A stretch of DNA of 64,000 nucleotides from Promethearchaeota archaeon (GTDB taxonomy: Archaea > Asgardarchaeota > Lokiarchaeia > Sigyniarchaeales > SOKP01). Of the stretch, positions 49,736 through 59,583 are shown piece after piece. Position 1 is the stretch's first letter. Each line of letters begins with the position of its first letter. The DNA lies in assembly GCA_019058295.1 (NCBI GenBank), contig JAHPZI010000022.1, positions 197,183-261,182 on the forward strand. Direction: 5' to 3'. Both the position numbers and the translations under genes were made by a program. The notes beneath the pieces are model-generated. The model ran no database searches. It had not been told where the DNA came from and saw only the letters and a list, made by a program, of their open reading frames with translations.

Positions 49736-51076
49736 ATGAAAACCGAGAATTATGATATCGTAATTATTGGATCAGGGTTGGGTGGATTGACAGCAGCAAC
49801 TCTTCTTTCCCGTAAAGGATTCAAAACTCTTGTGGTGGAAAGTAGAAATCGCATAGGAGGAAGATTTTCCACATTTGAGTATGAAGGTTTTAAATTACCC
49901 ACTGGTGCGATTCTTATCCCTGATGGTTGGGTAATAAAACTCCTTGAGGAGATGGGAATTAATATAAATAATTTAAGACCAGTAACGCGTGTTTATTACA
50001 GAATTAATGGTAAGAGCTATGATATACCACCTGAAATAGGGGTACCAAAGGCGCTTGATATAATAGATAAGCTAGAGAGAGAAGAGGCAGAGAAGAAGGG
50101 ACGTCCAATGAAACCCGTCGAATTAAGTCAGATTATGCGTGGCTATTATAAGAAAATGAAGGGAATTAAACAAGACGAAATTTTAACTGTTCGTGATTGG
50201 CTACTCCAGTATACTGAGAATGAAAAGGTGCATGAAGCCTTTGATACGCTTTGTACAGGATTGATGATGGCTCACACCTGGGAGCTTCCAATCTCAAAGT
50301 TTTTCCTTTTTCAAGCTATGGAGAAGTTTTTCATAGCTCCTAACGGAAATCTCAGTATTGCAAAAGAGCTTGCGAGAGTGGTTGAGAAAAATGGATCAGT
50401 ATGGACTAATTGTCCTGCGAGGAAAATAATTGTCAAGGAAGGAAAGGCGACAAGTGTAATTGTTGAAAAAGCAGGAGAACAAATTGAGATAAAATGTAAG
50501 ATAGTTATCAGTAATACAGGAGCCAAAACGACGGTAGCCTTGGCAGGAAGGGAAAATTTTGATGATGAGTACCTTAAAGTTATGCGTATTAGGCTCAGAC
50601 CAAGCCCATGCTTATTGGCTTTAATAGCAAGCGACAAGCCTCTTTGCTTGGAAGGAATACACGATGGATTAGAAATAATTATGGGATCGCGAAGAATAAA
50701 AACAGTTATCCCTATAAGCAATATTTGTCCCGAACTTATTCCGCCCGGTCAGCATCTTATTTACACTTCAGCAAAATCCGAATCAACTCTCCATCCCATG
50801 GATGTGAAATATGAAATTCAACAAATCAAACGTGATATTAAGGATTTTTTTCCGGACTTCGAAAAACACGGGCGTATTTTAAAAATGAGAGCATGCGGCA
50901 TTATAAATGAGTGGCCTGAAGGAAGGACATGGCTTTGTCATGGTATGCCATCAGAGACACCGATACCTAATCTATTCAATGTAGGAGATTCATGTGTTGC
51001 TCCAGGACTTATAGGAACTCCTGGATCTGTTGAAAGTGGATACAGGGTGGCCGATTTAGTTGAGAAAATTTTATGA
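49736..51076 (+). CDS. Phytoene-desaturase-like FAD oxidoreductase (archaeal COG1233-type)
   Basis: IGSGLGGL, GGRFSTFEYEGFKLPTGA, C-terminal TP.PNLFNVGD. Confidence 0.82.
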   Translation: MKTENYDIVIIGSGLGGLTAATLLSRKGFKTLVVESRNRIGGRFSTFEYEGFKLPTGAILIPDGWVIKLLEEMGININNLRPVTRVYYRINGKSYDIPPEIGVPKALDIIDKLEREEAEKKGRPMKPVELSQIMRGYYKKMKGIKQDEILTVRDWLLQYTENEKVHEAFDTLCTGLMMAHTWELPISKFFLFQAMEKFFIAPNGNLSIAKELARVVEKNGSVWTNCPARKIIVKEGKATSVIVEKAGEQIEIKCKIVISNTGAKTTVALAGRENFDDEYLKVMRIRLRPSPCLLALIASDKPLCLEGIHDGLEIIMGSRRIKTVIPISNICPELIPPGQHLIYTSAKSESTLHPMDVKYEIQQIKRDIKDFFPDFEKHGRILKMRACGIINEWPEGRTWLCHGMPSETPIPNLFNVGDSCVAPGLIGTPGSVESGYRVADLVEKIL

Positions 51077-51107
51077 TTCCATTTGAAAACTTATAAAATG
51101 TGATATC

Positions 51108-52232
51108 ATGGACATTAGTGATTTAAAAATAGGAAGAGAGGGAACATTTATTCCTCCATTCAAAAGTAATATAAACATTGTTAAAAGCTATGAAAATGAG
51201 GGATATGATTCCATATTCTTTGCGGATCATATCTTAAATTGGGTACCGGAATCAATATGGACTCCAGATATTACAGATCTTGCCAATGTTTATCCTACTC
51301 CCCATCTGATATATGATGTTTTTTCTATGATGACTGCTACTGCTTTAAATACAAAAAAAATTCACATTGGAACAGGAGTAACAGAACCTTTTAGGAGGAA
51401 TCCTGCGGTACTTGCACAAACATTTCTTACGTTTGATGAGTTATCAAGAGGAAGAGCAATTTTAGGGATAGGCACAGGGGAGAAGGAAAATACAGTTCCA
51501 TATGGAATAAAATGGGAAAAACCTGTAGGGAGATTAGAAGAAGCTATTACAATTATTAAGAAATTGTGGGAATGTGATAAAAAAATTGATTATGATGGAA
51601 ATATCTGGAAGTTAAAAAATGCGCTCCTTAGATTAAAACCTTTTAAGAAAGGAAAATTACCGCCAATATGGATTGCCGCTCATGGATCTAGAATGCTAGA
51701 TATAACAGGTAGATTGGGCGACGGCTGGTTACCTATTATTTTAAAGCCAGAAGTATATAAGGAAAAACTTAGTATTATTCGAAAATCCGCACAGAAAGCT
51801 GGGAGAGATCCGAATGAAATTACTCCTGCATTAATAGTATGTGTTATAACTGATGAAGATAGAGGAGAAGTTGATAAAATGCTTGAAAATCCGATAACAA
51901 AAAATACTTTAATACCTTTATATGATGAAGATTTCAAGTCGTATGGATTATCACACCCTCTTGGAGATAAAATTGATGGGACTTTAGAGTTCATTCCAAC
52001 CCATTACGATAAAAAGTCAATGCTGGAGCTACTGGAAAAGATCCCCACAAAAATGTGTCGAGATTTTTACTTAAATGGTACTCCTGATGAAATCATTGGT
52101 CAAATTGAAAACTATGCTAAAATTGGTGTGAAACATATTATTCTTTTTAATGTTTCAATCTTATGTGGTCTCAAATATATTCCCCGTTCGGGTGGGTGTA
52201 TGAAAGCAATAATTAAGTATTTTAAAAATTAA
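51108..52232 (+). CDS. LLM-class (probably F420-dependent) oxidoreductase, phthiodiolone-ketoreductase-like
   Basis: DH, VT...RRNPAV.AQ, SRGRAILGIG.GE....PYG..W.KPV.R.EEA. Confidence 0.85.
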   Translation: MDISDLKIGREGTFIPPFKSNINIVKSYENEGYDSIFFADHILNWVPESIWTPDITDLANVYPTPHLIYDVFSMMTATALNTKKIHIGTGVTEPFRRNPAVLAQTFLTFDELSRGRAILGIGTGEKENTVPYGIKWEKPVGRLEEAITIIKKLWECDKKIDYDGNIWKLKNALLRLKPFKKGKLPPIWIAAHGSRMLDITGRLGDGWLPIILKPEVYKEKLSIIRKSAQKAGRDPNEITPALIVCVITDEDRGEVDKMLENPITKNTLIPLYDEDFKSYGLSHPLGDKIDGTLEFIPTHYDKKSMLELLEKIPTKMCRDFYLNGTPDEIIGQIENYAKIGVKHIILFNVSILCGLKYIPRSGGCMKAIIKYFKN

Positions 52233-52396
52233 TCAATATCACATTTTTACCTCTTTTTATCTTGTCTCACTCAATACCTTTTAATTTTTCTAGAAAACCT
52301 AATTTATTTAATAATAAAACTTATATTTTCCATTTATTATTTCTAGAACACTGCTAAGAAAAAAACAATAGAGAACAGAAAGAGAAAAGTTAGGTA

Positions 52397-53320
52397 ATGA
52401 CAATGAATCTAAATCGAATTGACATTCATCATCATATCCTCCCTCCAGAATATCTTTCTTCTCTAGCTGCTATTGGTGTTAAGACTGTAGATGGTGTAAC
52501 TTTCCCTAAATGGGATATAGAAAGCAGTCTAGCGTTTATGGATAGGCAAGGCATCACAGCAGCTATTACATCTATTTCCGCACCAGGAATTTATTTTGGA
52601 GATAGTGATTTTAGGCAGGATCTGGCACGCCGTTGCAATGAATTCTCTGCTCGTTTAGTGAATAAATATCCACAGAGGTTTGGTGCTTTTGCTTTATTAC
52701 CTTTACCAGATGTAGAAAATTCAATTATCGAGTTAGAATATGCCCTTGACAATTTGAATTTAGATGGGATTGTTTTACTCACAAATATTAATGGTACATA
52801 TATCGGTGATCCTCTATTCAGCGAGCTCTTTTCAGAATTAAATCGCCGGAAAGCAGTTGTATTCATTCACCCAAATTCTCCTCCATTGGATAAACAACCT
52901 ATGCCTAATTTTAATGCTGCTGTTTTAGAGTATGTATTTGATACAACAAGGGCAGTAGCGAATTTGATTCATGGAGGCACGATGAAAAAATATCCAAATA
53001 TTCGATTTATCTTATCTCATGCTGGAGGAACAGTTCCATACCTAACTTGGCGAATTTCCTTTGGTAAAAAAAGGTTAATAGATTATCTTAAACGCTTCTA
53101 TTATGGTACTGCTTTGTCATGTACAAGTTATGCCCTTCGTTCCCTCCAAGAATTAGTAGAACCATCACAAATTCTTTTTGGCAGTGATTACCCATTTCTC
53201 CCAGAACGAGCGGCATCTAAAATGGTCGAAGGATTTAATAATTACGATGGTTTCGATACAAAAACTCGAACGGCCATTGCGTATGAAAATGCTCTAGCTC
53301 TTTTTCCGCGGTTTAGATAA
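52397..53320 (+). CDS. Amidohydrolase_2 family (aromatic acid decarboxylase-like)
   Basis: IDIHHH, FIHP, DTTRA, SHAGG..PY, FGSDYPF. Confidence 0.88.
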   Translation: MTMNLNRIDIHHHILPPEYLSSLAAIGVKTVDGVTFPKWDIESSLAFMDRQGITAAITSISAPGIYFGDSDFRQDLARRCNEFSARLVNKYPQRFGAFALLPLPDVENSIIELEYALDNLNLDGIVLLTNINGTYIGDPLFSELFSELNRRKAVVFIHPNSPPLDKQPMPNFNAAVLEYVFDTTRAVANLIHGGTMKKYPNIRFILSHAGGTVPYLTWRISFGKKRLIDYLKRFYYGTALSCTSYALRSLQELVEPSQILFGSDYPFLPERAASKMVEGFNNYDGFDTKTRTAIAYENALALFPRFR

Positions 53321-53469
53321 TCTACGATTGATAATGGAACAAAAATTGGGAGGAAAATTATTTATTTTTATTGGATTGCCTATATTGAATTTGATTATTT
53401 TGGAAAATTAAATAAAAAAAGAAGAATTAAAAAATTAATTATATTTATTTTCGCTTGAATTTGAAAGAA

Positions 53470-55128
53470 TTAACGAGTCCTTTTTTTCATAAATATATAT
53501 ACGAGAGCAATGCCTCCAACAGCGCTTATTACCACCGCGGCTACAACAATCGGGACAAGTAAATCCGCTTCCTCGTCATCATCATCGTCATCATCAGCCC
53601 CTCCAGGCAAGGCAGATGGTCTTGTATAGACGGGAATAGTACAGCCCATGATTTCTTTATCGTTGCCCCATGGTCCATCGGTCTGATCCTCCCAGACCAC
53701 ATAAACGACTGAACTCGAAGCAGCAATTGAGGGCCTATCGCTGTTACCATCGTTCCATTCCTTCCCATCAGCCCATTTATCCGAAATTACAGTAGCGTTC
53801 GTCCAGCTTACACCGTAGTCTGTGGATTTTGCGTACATGATTTCATCATCACCACCCCATTCGTAAACGGTATTTGGCGAGTCATACCAGACCACATGGA
53901 TATGATTCCACTTGTCAATGGCGATTTCAGTATATTCACAACCGCTTTGATGCCAAGGTGTCCCATCATCCCATTTATCCGAAATCACGGTCCAGTTAGA
54001 CCATAACCCTGTAGTTGCGCTATAAATAGCGTGTACTACTTCATCAATACCCCATGGTCCATTGGTATAATCGACCCAAGCCACATGAACATTATTTGCA
54101 TTGTCTACAGCAATAGCAGGAGCTTCACAATCTCCTGAATTCCCACCCCAAATATCAGAAATCACGGTCGCATTGGACCATCCTATAGCCTCGGTGAAGT
54201 TAGCCCCAAAGATTTCTGTGTCAGTACCCCATTTAGTATCAACGCTATCCTTCCATACAACCCACACATTATTATTAGATAAATCTACCGCAATTTTAGG
54301 GACTTTGCTTTGCCCATCGTTCCAGTAGCTACCCTTCCAGCCATCAGAGAGCACTGTAACATTGGTCCATTGCCCCGTTGCTATTGTATAGTTGGCGTAC
54401 ATGATTTCAGTTTCACCAACACTATTCCATGGTCCAGGACTATAATCTTCCCAGACCACATGGACCATGCCATTTCCATCTATTGCAATATCAGGGGAAA
54501 AGCTGCTACCTTTGTTCCAGGTGTTTCCATCATCCCAATTATCAGAAACCACTGTAATATTAGACCATTGCCCTGTTGCAACACTGTAATTTACGCACAT
54601 AATTTCCGCATCAGTGCCCCATTTCGCCGCGAAATCTGTATCTTCAATATACACTACATAAATATTGCCACTTTCATCCACCGCAATAGCAGGACTATCG
54701 CTATCGTCATTACTCCAATCATTCCCATCCTCCCATTTATCAGAAATCACTGTAGCGTTAGACCATTGCCCTGTAGCTTTTGTGTAGTTAGCGTACATGA
54801 TTTCAGTTTCACCAGCACTTTCCCATGGTCCATCGGTAGAATCCACCCAGACCGCATGAAAATTGCCCCACTTATCCACCGCAATATCAGGGCAGTCGGA
54901 TGATCCATCGTTCCATTCCTTCCCATCGTCCCAATTATCTGAAACTATGGTTACATTTGAGTATGTCACAGTTGAAGCTTTTGGTTTTGATGTATTATCC
55001 TCGATTGAGCTTAGGTCCGACTCATCTGAAACTGCAATCGGTTGAGGAGAACTCAATGGCGCCAAAATGATTCCAGAACCAAACAAACAAAAGAGCGCAA
55101 TTAACATCATTATATTTTTTTTTGCCAT
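53470..55128 (-). CDS. Secreted, C-terminally anchored acidic beta-propeller glycoprotein (seven ~65-aa repeats)
   Basis: Signal peptide, 7 units W.N.TV.SD.W...S..P.IAVD....H.VW.D...W....EIM, poly-Asp, TM helix and KKRTR. Confidence 0.88.
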   Translation of the reverse strand: MAKKNIMMLIALFCLFGSGIILAPLSSPQPIAVSDESDLSSIEDNTSKPKASTVTYSNVTIVSDNWDDGKEWNDGSSDCPDIAVDKWGNFHAVWVDSTDGPWESAGETEIMYANYTKATGQWSNATVISDKWEDGNDWSNDDSDSPAIAVDESGNIYVVYIEDTDFAAKWGTDAEIMCVNYSVATGQWSNITVVSDNWDDGNTWNKGSSFSPDIAIDGNGMVHVVWEDYSPGPWNSVGETEIMYANYTIATGQWTNVTVLSDGWKGSYWNDGQSKVPKIAVDLSNNNVWVVWKDSVDTKWGTDTEIFGANFTEAIGWSNATVISDIWGGNSGDCEAPAIAVDNANNVHVAWVDYTNGPWGIDEVVHAIYSATTGLWSNWTVISDKWDDGTPWHQSGCEYTEIAIDKWNHIHVVWYDSPNTVYEWGGDDEIMYAKSTDYGVSWTNATVISDKWADGKEWNDGNSDRPSIAASSSVVYVVWEDQTDGPWGNDKEIMGCTIPVYTRPSALPGGADDDDDDDEEADLLVPIVVAAVVISAVGGIALVYIFMKKRTR

Positions 55129-55176
55129 TAGTTAACTCACTTTTTTTTATTGGATGATATATATTCTGATAGAAAC

Positions 55177-56232
55177 CTATTTAATTATTACCATTTCATG
55201 GAGCGTAGTTCCCGTTTCTTTATAAGCAGTTCCTTCATAATTAAAAGTGATATCGAAATTAGAATTAAACCTAAAATAACCAGGTCTGAGTTTTAAGAGG
55301 TTTTTAGCGATAAATCGTAAAACTGGACTTAATTCTAAAAGTAAACTATCAGCATCAATGATTTCCTGAACATCCAATGTTATTAAATTTCCCTTTGAAA
55401 GGTCAAACTTTAATGTTTTTGGATATTTATTTTCTACTTTATCATGATACTGAAGATTTTCTTGAATTAATTCAAATTCACCTGTGCTGAGAATAACATT
55501 TTCATTCTTCGCAAGCATAAGCACTTTAATAGCATGGTTATCCATCTTTTTACTGCATTGAATATAAGCATAAATAAGGGTAAAATTTTCTGAGTAAAGG
55601 CGTCCCCAATACCAATAATCTACAATTCTAGCAAGATTGAAATTTATCCAATTATGATCATGATATCCAACTCCTTTAACTTCAATGGTCTCATTAAGTA
55701 CTTTAATAGTCCCTTCTACATGAGCTCTTGGGAGAGGTACAACCCAACCAAACTGTCCTTTATTTCTAAACTCAGTATAACCTCTTCCAGGCATCCATCC
55801 ATGAACTTGAGCAGTATAGTTCAGGTGCATTCCATATTCTCCTTCATCTAAAAGAATTTCATATTGAAGTAATTTCTGATTTGAAGAATCCACTTTTAAA
55901 TAATTCTTGCCTATACTAACATCAGCAATTTCTCGTGAGACTTTCATATCTGATTGGAGATAATTGTATGTATTTTGGATTTTTTCTCCATTGGGTTTAT
56001 ATATATCGATTTCTACAGCAACTTTTCCAGTTCGCTGGTGTTTTGCCCAAAAAAATCCAACCACTGTATAACCATTATCAAGACGAGCATCAAAATACCA
56101 CCATTCAGAATTTCCTTTCTTATTTATATCAATATGTAGAGCATCAAATTTAGGATCAAATACAGTAATTTTTCCATCTTTTCTTCCTGGTCCTGACCAA
56201 GCTTCTTTAATTTTATCTGTCATAAACACCAC
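55177..56232 (-). CDS. CrtC/AttH-like (carotenoid 1,2-hydratase / tocopherol-cyclase-like fold) protein
   Basis: EWWYFD, GYHDHNW, W.WGR motifs. Confidence 0.75.
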   Translation of the reverse strand: MVFMTDKIKEAWSGPGRKDGKITVFDPKFDALHIDINKKGNSEWWYFDARLDNGYTVVGFFWAKHQRTGKVAVEIDIYKPNGEKIQNTYNYLQSDMKVSREIADVSIGKNYLKVDSSNQKLLQYEILLDEGEYGMHLNYTAQVHGWMPGRGYTEFRNKGQFGWVVPLPRAHVEGTIKVLNETIEVKGVGYHDHNWINFNLARIVDYWYWGRLYSENFTLIYAYIQCSKKMDNHAIKVLMLAKNENVILSTGEFELIQENLQYHDKVENKYPKTLKFDLSKGNLITLDVQEIIDADSLLLELSPVLRFIAKNLLKLRPGYFRFNSNFDITFNYEGTAYKETGTTLHEMVIIK

Positions 56233-56279
56233 ATTAAATATATAAAAGATAATATAAATTAAATAAAAAATTTACTGAA

Positions 56280-56687
56280 TTATTCTTGTAGAAGAGCAAA
56301 CAGCTTCATCATAGGAAATAGTTTAAAAATCCCCTTTATTTGAACTGGTCCAAATATCCATTTTAATCCGAGTTTTATCATAGATATTCTTTTCATCGCA
56401 AATGCTAGGAATGTCTGAGTATCCATGGAAACTAATCCATCCCAACCAATTGATTTTTTCTTTAAATTTGATTCTGGTTTATTTGGTACGCTTTTAACAC
56501 TCAATTGGCCTTTATTTATAATAATTAGCGCAGCATAGTTTAAGTTTGTAGCATTTATTAGGTACTTACGCTGAGTATTCTTAAACTTTTCTTTGAAGCT
56601 AGATTTTTCGTTTAAAGGATTCACTATATTTTCTAATAGTCCCGCAAATCCTTTAGCGTAATCTAAAATAATATTTGATTCGCTCAT
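56280..56687 (-). CDS. SCP2 sterol/lipid-carrier-like protein
   Basis: 135 aa, D......TF......S.......G.V.IKG pattern. ATGA overlap with the upstream gene. Confidence 0.65.
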   Translation of the reverse strand: MSESNIILDYAKGFAGLLENIVNPLNEKSSFKEKFKNTQRKYLINATNLNYAALIIINKGQLSVKSVPNKPESNLKKKSIGWDGLVSMDTQTFLAFAMKRISMIKLGLKWIFGPVQIKGIFKLFPMMKLFALLQE

Positions 56688-58261
56688 TTATTTTCACCCT
56701 CCTTTTTTGCGGTTATGTAAAAGCCTGAATCAGCAACTCCGTTAGGGTCAAAAGCTGCCTTAATTTTACGAAGCCAATTATGATAATTCATCATATGAGG
56801 GCCCCATTCGTCATGCAATTTATCACCCTCTATAAAAAATGGCGCACCTAAGTGTTTAATTAAATCTTGTTTATTACTTTCATCCATATAATTAGCCATT
56901 CCTTTCACGCTTTTCAAATCTGATTGATTAAACATTGTAGGTGACTCCATATGGAAAAAATGTCCGCCCTCATAACTAGTCATCCAAGCACCTTCACCAA
57001 AATCATTTGCGATAGCCTCCTTTTTAATATATTTCTGCTTTAAAGGAATATTTGTTTTCTCAGCACGAAGACATAAAGCAGCAGCATCTGCTTGACCCTT
57101 AGCTGACTGGAACCCTCCAGTTGCTATAAAACCATGATATCCGAGATTAGCGCGTAGGCACTCAGCATAAAAAACTTTCTCAGGAACATATTTTGTATCT
57201 ACAATATTTTCGAGATCATATTCAGTGAGTATATCCTCCATGACCATTTGTTTATAGTCAAATTCTCGTTTTGTTCTTGCTCCCATAACCACCAATAACG
57301 GATTTTTCAATACACCAAGAGCCATTTTATCCATCAAACCTTCTATACTGTATGAAAAAATAGCCATGACGGCTAAACCAGATATATGACTAACTATAAA
57401 ACCGACTTCCTCTTCTTCTACCCGAAGCATTATCTTCTCTAATCCTTTCCAGCTTTTACAATCAAAAACATAGGCTCGTATATAATCTGGTTTCTCAAAA
57501 TTATAGAGAGGTGCGTGACCAGTCATGACAAATTTTGTATCAGTTGGATAGGGAAATAATTTTATACCAACTTTAGTAAAAACACCGATTCCCGATTTTG
57601 CACCAACCCATCCCCTCATGATACCTCTCAAACTTGGACCGGGCCCATCACCAATAAACCAATCAGGATTATTTTTCTGTCCTAATGAACCTAATCTCAA
57701 TATATTTCCATCAGGAAGTACCCACTCAACCCCTAAAACATTCCTTGCACTATGTCCCGTTTGGGGTGATGTAAAGCCAGGACCCGCCATTGAGGTGTGG
57801 CTCGCCAGAGGTGATGCCATTGGGCCTGCCCCAGGCATGTGAACTGTCAAACCATATTTCATGGCTTCTGCTTGAAGCTGTGCTCCACTAACATATGATT
57901 CTACTACGGCATACAAGTTTTTTTCATCAATCTTAACGATCTTATTCATTCTACGGAGATCTAATATTATAGAGTTATCTGTGCTTGGTTGATTCCATGG
58001 ACCAAGGCCAGTTGATTGAGCTTTAAATTTAATCTTATATTTATTACATAATTGCACGATCTTCTGTACTTCCTCTGTAGTAGAAGGAAGTATTACAGCT
58101 TTAGGCACAGAAGAAAATGGGATTGGTTCTTTTCCCTCCATATAATTAACAAACTCTGTACACCAATTATAAGCATAAATATTTGTCATTACATCCCCAT
58201 CATCGATAAATTCTGGACCTACAACATCTTGAAACTCTTTTAATATGTCCTTATCTAACAT
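56684..58261 (-). CDS. FAD-linked oxidoreductase (FAD_binding_4)
   Basis: VILPSTTEEVQ, LDLRRMN, GVEWVLPDG, GIGVFTK, FDPNG. Confidence 0.88.
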   Translation of the reverse strand: MLDKDILKEFQDVVGPEFIDDGDVMTNIYAYNWCTEFVNYMEGKEPIPFSSVPKAVILPSTTEEVQKIVQLCNKYKIKFKAQSTGLGPWNQPSTDNSIILDLRRMNKIVKIDEKNLYAVVESYVSGAQLQAEAMKYGLTVHMPGAGPMASPLASHTSMAGPGFTSPQTGHSARNVLGVEWVLPDGNILRLGSLGQKNNPDWFIGDGPGPSLRGIMRGWVGAKSGIGVFTKVGIKLFPYPTDTKFVMTGHAPLYNFEKPDYIRAYVFDCKSWKGLEKIMLRVEEEEVGFIVSHISGLAVMAIFSYSIEGLMDKMALGVLKNPLLVVMGARTKREFDYKQMVMEDILTEYDLENIVDTKYVPEKVFYAECLRANLGYHGFIATGGFQSAKGQADAAALCLRAEKTNIPLKQKYIKKEAIANDFGEGAWMTSYEGGHFFHMESPTMFNQSDLKSVKGMANYMDESNKQDLIKHLGAPFFIEGDKLHDEWGPHMMNYHNWLRKIKAAFDPNGVADSGFYITAKKEGENK

Positions 58262-58263
58262 TG

Positions 58264-59583
58264 TTAGGATCCTCCTGCTGTTGCTTGTTTTAATTTTTCA
58301 GGTTCTAAACCTAAAGCCATCAATATTAATTCGCTTATATCGTAATATTTCAATTTTGAACCACTTTCTTTAATCCCATCTTGCAAATTTGTGGAGCAGA
58401 ATGGACAAGCAGATACAAGAATATTAGCTCCCGAATCCTCTGCTTCTTCAATTCTATTTTTAGAAGCTCTAATAGCCATATCTGGAAAGGCAGATTTTAC
58501 ACCAGCTCCCGCTCCACAGCAATAGGAATATTCCATTATACGCTCCATTTCAACTAATTTTAATCCTGGAATTTTATTTAAAATGTTCCTGGGTGCATCA
58601 TAAACTCCCCTTGCTCCAATATTTTTCGGTTTTGGTGGTATATTTATTGATACTAATGGCATTAATTTAAGCTCATCTCCCGCCCATTCTTCATATTGTT
58701 CAGCGGTCCTACCTAAATGACAGGGATCATGATAGGTAACCGTAATAGGTACTTCAGTTGTAAATTTTAATTTCCCTTCCTCAATTAATTGTTCAAAGAA
58801 CTCCACAGTATGTAAAACTTCAAAGTTATATTCTCTATATAAGGGATAATCTACTTTGAACGTATCATAGCACCCAGCACAGCTAAAAATAATGGTTTCA
58901 ATTCCCTTTGATTCCATGACATCTAAATTTTTATTTAGTTGCACTTTAAAAGATTCAACATCTCCAGTTCGGTATACAGGACTCCCACAACAAAACTCAT
59001 CATCTTTTAAAATATTAAATGGAACTCCTGCAGCATTCATTATACGTGCTGCAGCTATGGCCATTTCTTTCCTCCTATAAGAAGAAGTGCATCCCACATA
59101 ATATAATAACTTTGCATCAGGATCAACTTTAATATCTGAAGGTAACCAATCTACTCTTTTTTCATGTGGTTCATTATAAGGATTATTCACTTTTTTCATT
59201 GCTTCAGTATAAGCTTTTTGTTGAGGCATAGGACCATATCCGTCCTTTACTAATTTTTCGCGAAATCTCATGATGATTTCTAAAGGTTCTAATGTATTCA
59301 TGTATTTACAAGCAATCGCACAGTTCCCACATTCAGTACATCTATATACAATATTTAGGAGATCCTCTGATGGTTTTACTCTACCCATTTCATAGGCTAA
59401 AGCAAGGATAATTCTCCCCCCACCACTATAAGCATGATAATCATATATATCCATAGCAGGACAACATGAAGCGTACTTCTGACTTTTGATCTGGACTTGC
59501 GGTATCCACTTACATACGGAGCAACGTAAACACATCTTAATCATCCGTTGGTATTCCTCTTCAGGAAAGTGTTCAGTCGTCAA
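58264..59583 (-). CDS. Fe-S oxidoreductase, GlcF/HdrD-like
   Basis: CLRCSVC, CTECGNC..AC and two CCG domains. Confidence 0.92.
   Translation of the reverse strand: MTTEHFPEEEYQRMIKMCLRCSVCKWIPQVQIKSQKYASCCPAMDIYDYHAYSGGGRIILALAYEMGRVKPSEDLLNIVYRCTECGNCAIACKYMNTLEPLEIIMRFREKLVKDGYGPMPQQKAYTEAMKKVNNPYNEPHEKRVDWLPSDIKVDPDAKLLYYVGCTSSYRRKEMAIAAARIMNAAGVPFNILKDDEFCCGSPVYRTGDVESFKVQLNKNLDVMESKGIETIIFSCAGCYDTFKVDYPLYREYNFEVLHTVEFFEQLIEEGKLKFTTEVPITVTYHDPCHLGRTAEQYEEWAGDELKLMPLVSINIPPKPKNIGARGVYDAPRNILNKIPGLKLVEMERIMEYSYCCGAGAGVKSAFPDMAIRASKNRIEEAEDSGANILVSACPFCSTNLQDGIKESGSKLKYYDISELILMALGLEPEKLKQATAGGS

Noticed and set aside
54310-54903. 197-aa plus-strand ORF and other short overlapping ORFs in the track
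   Set aside because: Antisense or out-of-frame to well-supported genes, with no family motifs.
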